From: Mobula hypostoma
Lineage: Eukaryota
Direction: 5' to 3'
Assembly: GCF_963921235.1 (NCBI RefSeq)
Contig: NC_086108.1
Coordinates: 53,322,001-53,386,000 of the forward strand
DNA length: 64,000 nt
Every line of letters begins with the position of its first letter. The first letter of the stretch is position 1. The notes below the pieces were generated by a model that saw only the letters and a list, made by a program, of their open reading frames with translations, was not told where the DNA came from and ran no database searches. Shown one piece after another: positions 60,760-64,000 of the stretch. The position numbers and the translations under genes were made by a program.

Positions 60760-62790
60760 GCATTAGCCTGGAATCAGTGGTGGGGAAGATGCTGGAGTCA
60801 ATTATAAAAGATGAAATAGCAGCACATTTAGATAGCAGTAACAGGATTGGTCCGAGTCGGCATGGATTTATGAAGGGGAAATCATGCTCGAATAATCTTC
60901 TGGATTTTTTTTGAGGATGTAACTATGAAGATGGACAAGGGAGAGCCAGTGGATGTAGTGTATCTGGACTTTCAGAAAGCCTTTGATAAGGTCCCACATA
61001 GGAGATTAGTGGGCAAAATTAGAACACATGGTATTTGGGGGTAGGGTACTGACACGGATAGAAAATTGGTTGACAGACAGGAACCAAAGAGTAGGGATTA
61101 ACAGGTCCCCTTCAGAATGGCAGGCAGTGACGAGTGGGGTACTGCAAGGCTTGGTGCTGGGACCGCAGCTATTTGCAATATACATTAATGATTTAGATGA
61201 AGGGATTAAAAGTAACATTAGCAAATTTGCAGATGACATAAAGCTGGGTGGCAGTGTGAAATATGAGGAGAATGTTATGAGAATGCAGGGTAACTTGGAC
61301 AGGTTGGGTGAGTGGGCAGATGCAGTTTAATGTGGATAAATGTGAGGTTATCCACTATGGTGGCAAGAACAGGAAGGCAGATTACTATCTGAATGGTGTC
61401 AAGTTAGGAAAAGGTGAAGTAAAATGAGATCTAGGTGTCCTTGTTCATCAGTCACTGAAAGTAAGCATGCAGGTACAGCAGGCAGTGGAGATAGCTAATG
61501 GCATGTTGGCCTTCATAACAAGGGGAGTTGAGTATAAGAGCAAAGAGGTCCTTCTGCAGTTGTACAGGGCCCTGCTGAGACCACACCTGAAGTAGTGTGT
61601 GCAGTTTTGGTCTCCAAATTTGAGGAAGGACATTCTTGCTATTGAGGGAGTGCAGCGTAGATTCACACGGTTAATTCCCGGGATGGTGGGACTGTCATAT
61701 GTTGAAAGATTGCAGCGACTGGGCTTGCATACACTGGAATTTAGAAGGATGAGAGGGGATCTGACTGAAACATATAAGATTATTACGGGTTTGGACACGC
61801 TAAAAGCAGGAAACATGTTCCAGATGTTGGGGGAGTCCAGAACCAGAGGCCACAGTTGAAGCATAAGTGGTAGGCCTTTTAGAATGGAGTTGAGGAAAAA
61901 CTTTTTCACCCAGAGAGTTGTGGATCTGTGGAATACTCTGCCTCAGAAGGCAGTGGAGGCCAATTCTCTGGATGCTTTCAAGAAAGAGTTAGATTAGATT
62001 ATGAGAACGCTCAGTCCTCTTTTATTATCATTTAGAAATGCATACGTGCATTAAGAAATGATACAATGTTTCTCCGGCGTGATATCACAGAAAACAAGAC
62101 AGACCAAAGACTAACACTGACAAAACCACATAATTATACCATATAGTTACAGCAGTGCAAAGTAATGCCATAATTTGATGAAGAACAGTCCATAAGCATA
62201 GTAAAAAAAATAGTCTCAAAGTCCCGAGTAGATCGGCTCCCGAGTCCCCGATAGCGGCGGCAAAAGGGAGAAACTCCCTGCCATAAACCTCCAGGCACCA
62301 TCACCTTGCCGATACCTTGAAAGCAGCGGACTCTGAGTCCATCCATCTGAAAACTCCGAGCTTCCGAGCAGCCTCTCCGATACAGCGTCCTGAGCGCCAT
62401 CCTCTGCCGACCGCCTTTGACCTCTCCCCGGCCGCTGAAACACGCAAAGCCGAGGATTTTGAGGCCTTCAGATCCAGAGATTCCGGTTACCACACAGTAG
62501 CAGCGGTAGCAAAGCAGACATTTCAGCAATTTTCCAGATGTTCCACTATGTACTCACGTCCGTCTCCATCAAATCAGGATTGTGCACGATCCCCTACTTG
62601 ACAGATAACAGATATTCATCACCGGAGAGGCTGCGCGTGCTGTCATTAGATAGAGCTCTTAAAGATAGTGGAGTCAAGGGATATGGGGAGAAGGCAGGAA
62701 AGTTTGTGGATGATCAGCCATGATCACAGTGAATGGCGGTGCTGGCTCCAAGGGCCGAATAGCCTACTCCTGGACCTATTGTCTATTATG
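60760..62790 (+). mobile_element. CR1 LINE, 5'-truncated RT + 3' end, interrupted at 61995-62645
   Basis: [65 protein letters not shown]; tail cctattgtctatt. Confidence 0.95.
61995..62645 (-). mobile_element. non-coding bipartite retroposon, copy 2, nested in CR1
   Basis: TSD TTAGAT at 61989-61994 and 62646-62651; the CR1 reads gagttagatagagctc when the insert is removed; (TAATC)n tail; CpG-rich. Confidence 0.85.
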
Positions 62791-64000
62791 TGTAGTTTCA
62801 TCCTCTGACCACATTATATTTTTATTTTAATCACTATTTGAGTTTTGACTTTTTTTTTGTCTGAAGGAAAAGGAATTGTGAACAATGCCAAAGAAATAGT
62901 AAAAGTCTGTCCTTTGTGCTTGTGCTGCACTCAATCAGATCAAGGCCGATCTTGTGTTTCAGTCCCACTTTCATTCACTAATCTTACATTACTCAAGTAC
63001 TTAAATATTCAAAAATCTCTCAATCTGTTCATCTCCATAGCCCTTTTGGATATAGGATTCGAAAGATTCACTACCATTTGAGGTAGTGAATTCTGAATGG
63101 ATGATCCTTTAGTTTGATACTGTGACCTTTAGATCCCAGACATCTCAACAAGTGAATACATGTATGTGAGCTTTGTATTTTTTTTGCTGCAAAAGTTAAG
63201 GCCCATGGGCACTTAAAAAAGGATTAAACACGAACATAATTTCATTACTACTGCACTAAGTTTTGAAGATTTGTGTTAAATCCAAATTACTAGGATATAT
63301 AAATCTCGCACTTACAAACTGCAGTGAGTTATTTGTCTTATCTAATGCCTGTTACAATTTTGCCCCTATTTTCAGAAATAACTGAATATGATCTGCTTAA
63401 TTCTGCACTTTCACTAGTGGGAGAATCTAAAAGGATGGCTACGTTAACATAATTGCAGTTGTTTCCTTGTTCATACTGAGATGAATCAAGGTGAGAACTA
63501 ATTACAAATGCGCATATTAGTTAATGAAAGTTAATGTTTCCTCTGAGATACAACAATTTAAATGATTTGAGCTTGGCCTCATTCCATAGTGTTTCATTCC
63601 ACCCTAGAAAAAGAATGAAGAAATGTTCTGGCAGACATAGCAGGTTCAGATCACAAGAGGGTGCTATGGTTACACCATCAGTGATGCTGTAGTAAAATTA
63701 GTTGATGAGCAGCGTACACGCACTTTCCTATCTTCAAAAAAGATTTTGTTATCCTTTCAACTACTACTTCCATTCCAACATCCAATTCCCTTTGAAATTC
63801 TTTAATTTGTCATTTTGTCTCCCAAAACATCCTTTTGGGCTTCCCCCAGCCTGTATTCTTCTGCACTGGAACAATCCTTGCCATATTCACAAATTACATC
63901 ATTAGTGACTGCAGCTAAGTGGTTTTTCTCTACCATCAAACTGGATGGGCCTATTTGCAGGGTTCCATTACTACCTATCTGAATGCAAGAAGTGCAGCTC

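Overview
This window is AT-rich eukaryotic (vertebrate) genomic DNA. The repeat content (V-domain/HE1-type SINEs, Deu-type SINE remnants, CR1, L2, Rex1/Babar, L1 and Penelope-like elements) suggests a cartilaginous fish, probably a ray; this is an inference. One host gene spans the window on the + strand. Eleven GT-AG coding exons (3628-57696) splice in phase into the C-terminal 494 aa of EFCAB7, whose N-terminal exons lie upstream of the window. Nearly all ORFs in the supplied track are retrotransposon debris or noise. The most notable non-genic signal is a dense set of Penelope-like element (PLE) termini carrying a minimal type-I hammerhead ribozyme motif (AGTC-CTGAnGA-AGGGTCTCGGCCY-GAAACGTC-GACT). 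Several occur as 110-220 bp non-coding inserts with clean 9-15 bp target-site duplications (TSDs), and some are palindromic. Their breakpoints cluster at the ribozyme, and only one arm of each palindrome carries a ~40-nt tail. Also present are multi-level nested insertions, a young tRNA-derived SINE with an L1-type signature, a bipartite non-coding retroposon in two copies, a strong CTCF motif and a candidate alternative last exon. All calls were made by eye, and TE boundaries without a TSD are approximate.
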